Shown here in pieces: positions 58,301 to 61,300 of a stretch of 64,000 nt of DNA. Below the pieces are notes generated by a model that did not search any database, had not been told where the DNA came from, and worked only from the letters and a program-made list of their open reading frames with translations. The position numbers and the translations under genes are program-made. Positions within the stretch are counted from its first letter, which is position 1. Every line of letters starts with the position of its first letter. The DNA comes from Candidatus Omnitrophota bacterium. Its GTDB lineage: Bacteria > Omnitrophota > Gorgyraeia > VGKN01. The stretch covers positions 12,522-76,521 of the forward strand of contig JAGVOB010000004.1 in assembly GCA_020052955.1 (NCBI GenBank), in the 5' to 3' direction.

Positions 58301-61300
58301 GGATATAATAAGAGTTGACACAACTGAGCTAAATATAAATCTTGTTGCAGAACTTATACTGGAACTTTTGACAGATGTATTTGCAAAAAGAGTCTCCGGT
58401 CTTAGTCCGCCATTTAAAAAATTTGACAACTTCCTTGAATATTACAATTACCTGGTAGATGAGAGAATGCATTTTGCCCAAGAGCAGGGCTGGATTAAGA
58501 AAATAAATTGGCAGATTGAAGAAGCGGCAATGGATTATACGGGAAGACCGGCTCAGATAGAAGTTACAGGAGAATCAGCAGAAGGCCGTTCACAGGAAGC
58601 AAGAAAGATTTTAAGGTGGATATTCAAAACAAGTCAAACACGCTATGACTTTATAGAATATTTGAGGCATTATCAGGTAGGCCATACCTCGCGCAATAGG
58701 CTTACTCCGTTATATGTAGCAGTGTATAACTATCTTTCCGAAAGGCCGCTTAACGATAGAAGGGTTATGGATGAAAATCCCGGCCTATTTATAGATAATC
58801 TTACAATTAAAAGCCATCCCTGGTATGGAGATTATGATTTGGCTAAAGAAGGTTTTGAGCCTAAAGAAGATATTACTCTTCCTGTTCCTCAAAAAAGGAA
58901 GATAAGAATACTGCTTATTGGACATGCTGAGAAATTCGGACATCCAGAAACATCCTCAAGCACGCTGTTAAGGGAGATACTTAGCAGGCTCCCCGCAGAT
59001 AAATATGAGATTGAGATTGTAGCCAATGACGTTATTTATCAGGAAGTAATCCACGATTTTTCTGGGGATGGTTCTTATCAACGCAGGATAGGCTATCAAT
59101 TTGAGCAGGATGGCGAATTCTACGATACAGAGAAAGGCGTTAAGTTTGTAAAACTTGATATAAATAACCCTCGTCAAAATCTATTAAGCGAGGATTTTCA
59201 GCCAGATGGCAAGTATGATATTGTTATTAACTCAAGGCTCGCCGTTCAATATGGTGAATACGAGGAAAAAGTAAGCCAAATCAGAAAAAATTCTATGCAA
59301 TATTTAGCCGAAGGAGGAATTTTATTTTTTGATACAGAAACCACAGACCGCGCGGAAGTTATCCGGTTACAAGACGGAGTGTTCGTAGTACAAGAAAGGG
59401 TTATACCTTATCTTGATATATGGGCATATACGAAGAAGATAAAGCGGATTGTATTAGATGATAAAGGTACTCAGAGGGTAACAGATAAGCATAGAGATTT
59501 AATAGAAAGAGCATTTAGGCTGGCCGAAAGATATGCTGATATAAATACACCTATGTATGACAAGGCAGTAGTGGCAGACCTCTTGAGAAGGATAGACGAA
59601 GATTATCTTTTTATGCTCGCGGTTTTACTCTCAGGCGTCTCTATAGAAAAGATAAAAAAGCATTTTGACCCTGATATAGTTGAAAGACTTATCGCGATGA
59701 GAAAACATATGAAAGAGATTACGCCTGAGCCAGCTTCCCGTGTCGGGGAGTTTAATATCTTGCGCTCGAAATCCTGGTTTAATATCTCATTGGAAGGGCA
59801 AGCTATAGAAGACCTGAGACTTATCTATTCAGATGGAATATATGAAATTTACTTAGGCAGAATAGACAAAAGAGAGGTATTGTTAATAGATAAAAGATAT
59901 AAAGGTAAGTTTATAAGAAGAGCATTGTCAATTGAAGAACCTCGGTATACAGAAGACGAACAGATATTTAAAAAAGCTGTTGCTTATTATCTAGAATATG
60001 CATATCGGGAAGTTGGCGAGAGTGTTTTATCCAGTGCCCATAGAGCATGGCGCTTATACAATTCTTATAACTTGTCCGATAGAAGGCCAGGCCCATGGTC
60101 TAATACGTGGTTAAGATTTTATGTTGCAGCAGTTATTCTCCATCGTCTTAAAGTAGAATTGTATAATGATATTTTAAATATACTCTCACGGCTTGATAGC
60201 GGTCAGGCCGTAGATATCGCTAAAGAAACAAGAACTCTCTCGCAAAAGCATAAGCTGGCACAAGAAGAAATAGAAGAATTACAGGAGATGATTGTCTACG
60301 CCTTCAATCCCCAAAAAATTATGCATAGGATAAATACTAAAACATCGAGAAGAATGCTTAACAATTTATTTAACCGCATGAGCAAACCCAAAGGAAAATT
60401 TTCTAGTAAACAAAAAGAAGAGATTATGCGGCTTTTCCCTGCGCTTAATCAATTCTCCCCGGAGGCGTTAAATCATGTTATGAGAGTAATAGAATCTATA
60501 AGCAGGCTTGCTAAGGGGGATATCAAATACTTCGAAGATGGTCTTAGCGCTGAAGATAAAGCACTTATGGCAGAGGAAGGTCTTGAGCGCTATAGAGCAC
60601 ACATACAGGAACTTCATATGAGATATCGTAATCTTATGCAGACCAATCCAAGCAATAAGACAATATTATGGCTGGCAGTTATTTTTCATGATATTGGTTA
60701 TACCATATCCGGAAGTCATAGTCATAACCACCAGAGATTAGGAGTAGATATAGCAAGAAAGGCTTTAAGTGAGCTTGGGTATTTTGAAGAAGAAATCGAG
60801 TTAATTACCAAATTGATAGAAAATCATACAGCCACAGGAGAAGTCTCAATCGGAGAAAGGTCAGCGCGTTCGGCGTTAAAGATTCTTGAGGTAGAGGATG
60901 TGGATAGGCAACAAGATTTTGCCAATATGCTGTTAGTCCTTAACTCAATGGATCTGGCAGGATATGAGGAAGCAAGAAATAGGCTTAATCTGTTCTGGGT
61001 TGAAAGATATGTAGGTAACTCAAATATCGGTAGATTGAAAAATAAAGACTCCGATACTGAAAATTATATTGATAGATTAGAAAGGCTTACCTGCAGCCAT
61101 ATTATGGAAAAAGATAACCCGCAAAAACGCCAAATGATACACTCTGCAGTAGATAGTCTTATTGCATCGGATGAAATAGGATTATTCAAACGTCATTTTA
61201 ATAGCACGCTCGAAGTTCTTTTTATACTTCCTATTGTATTTTATTTGGCAGGAAATGACCCAACCTATAGGAGTTCAGTTAAGTTATTCCGCTTCTTGAC

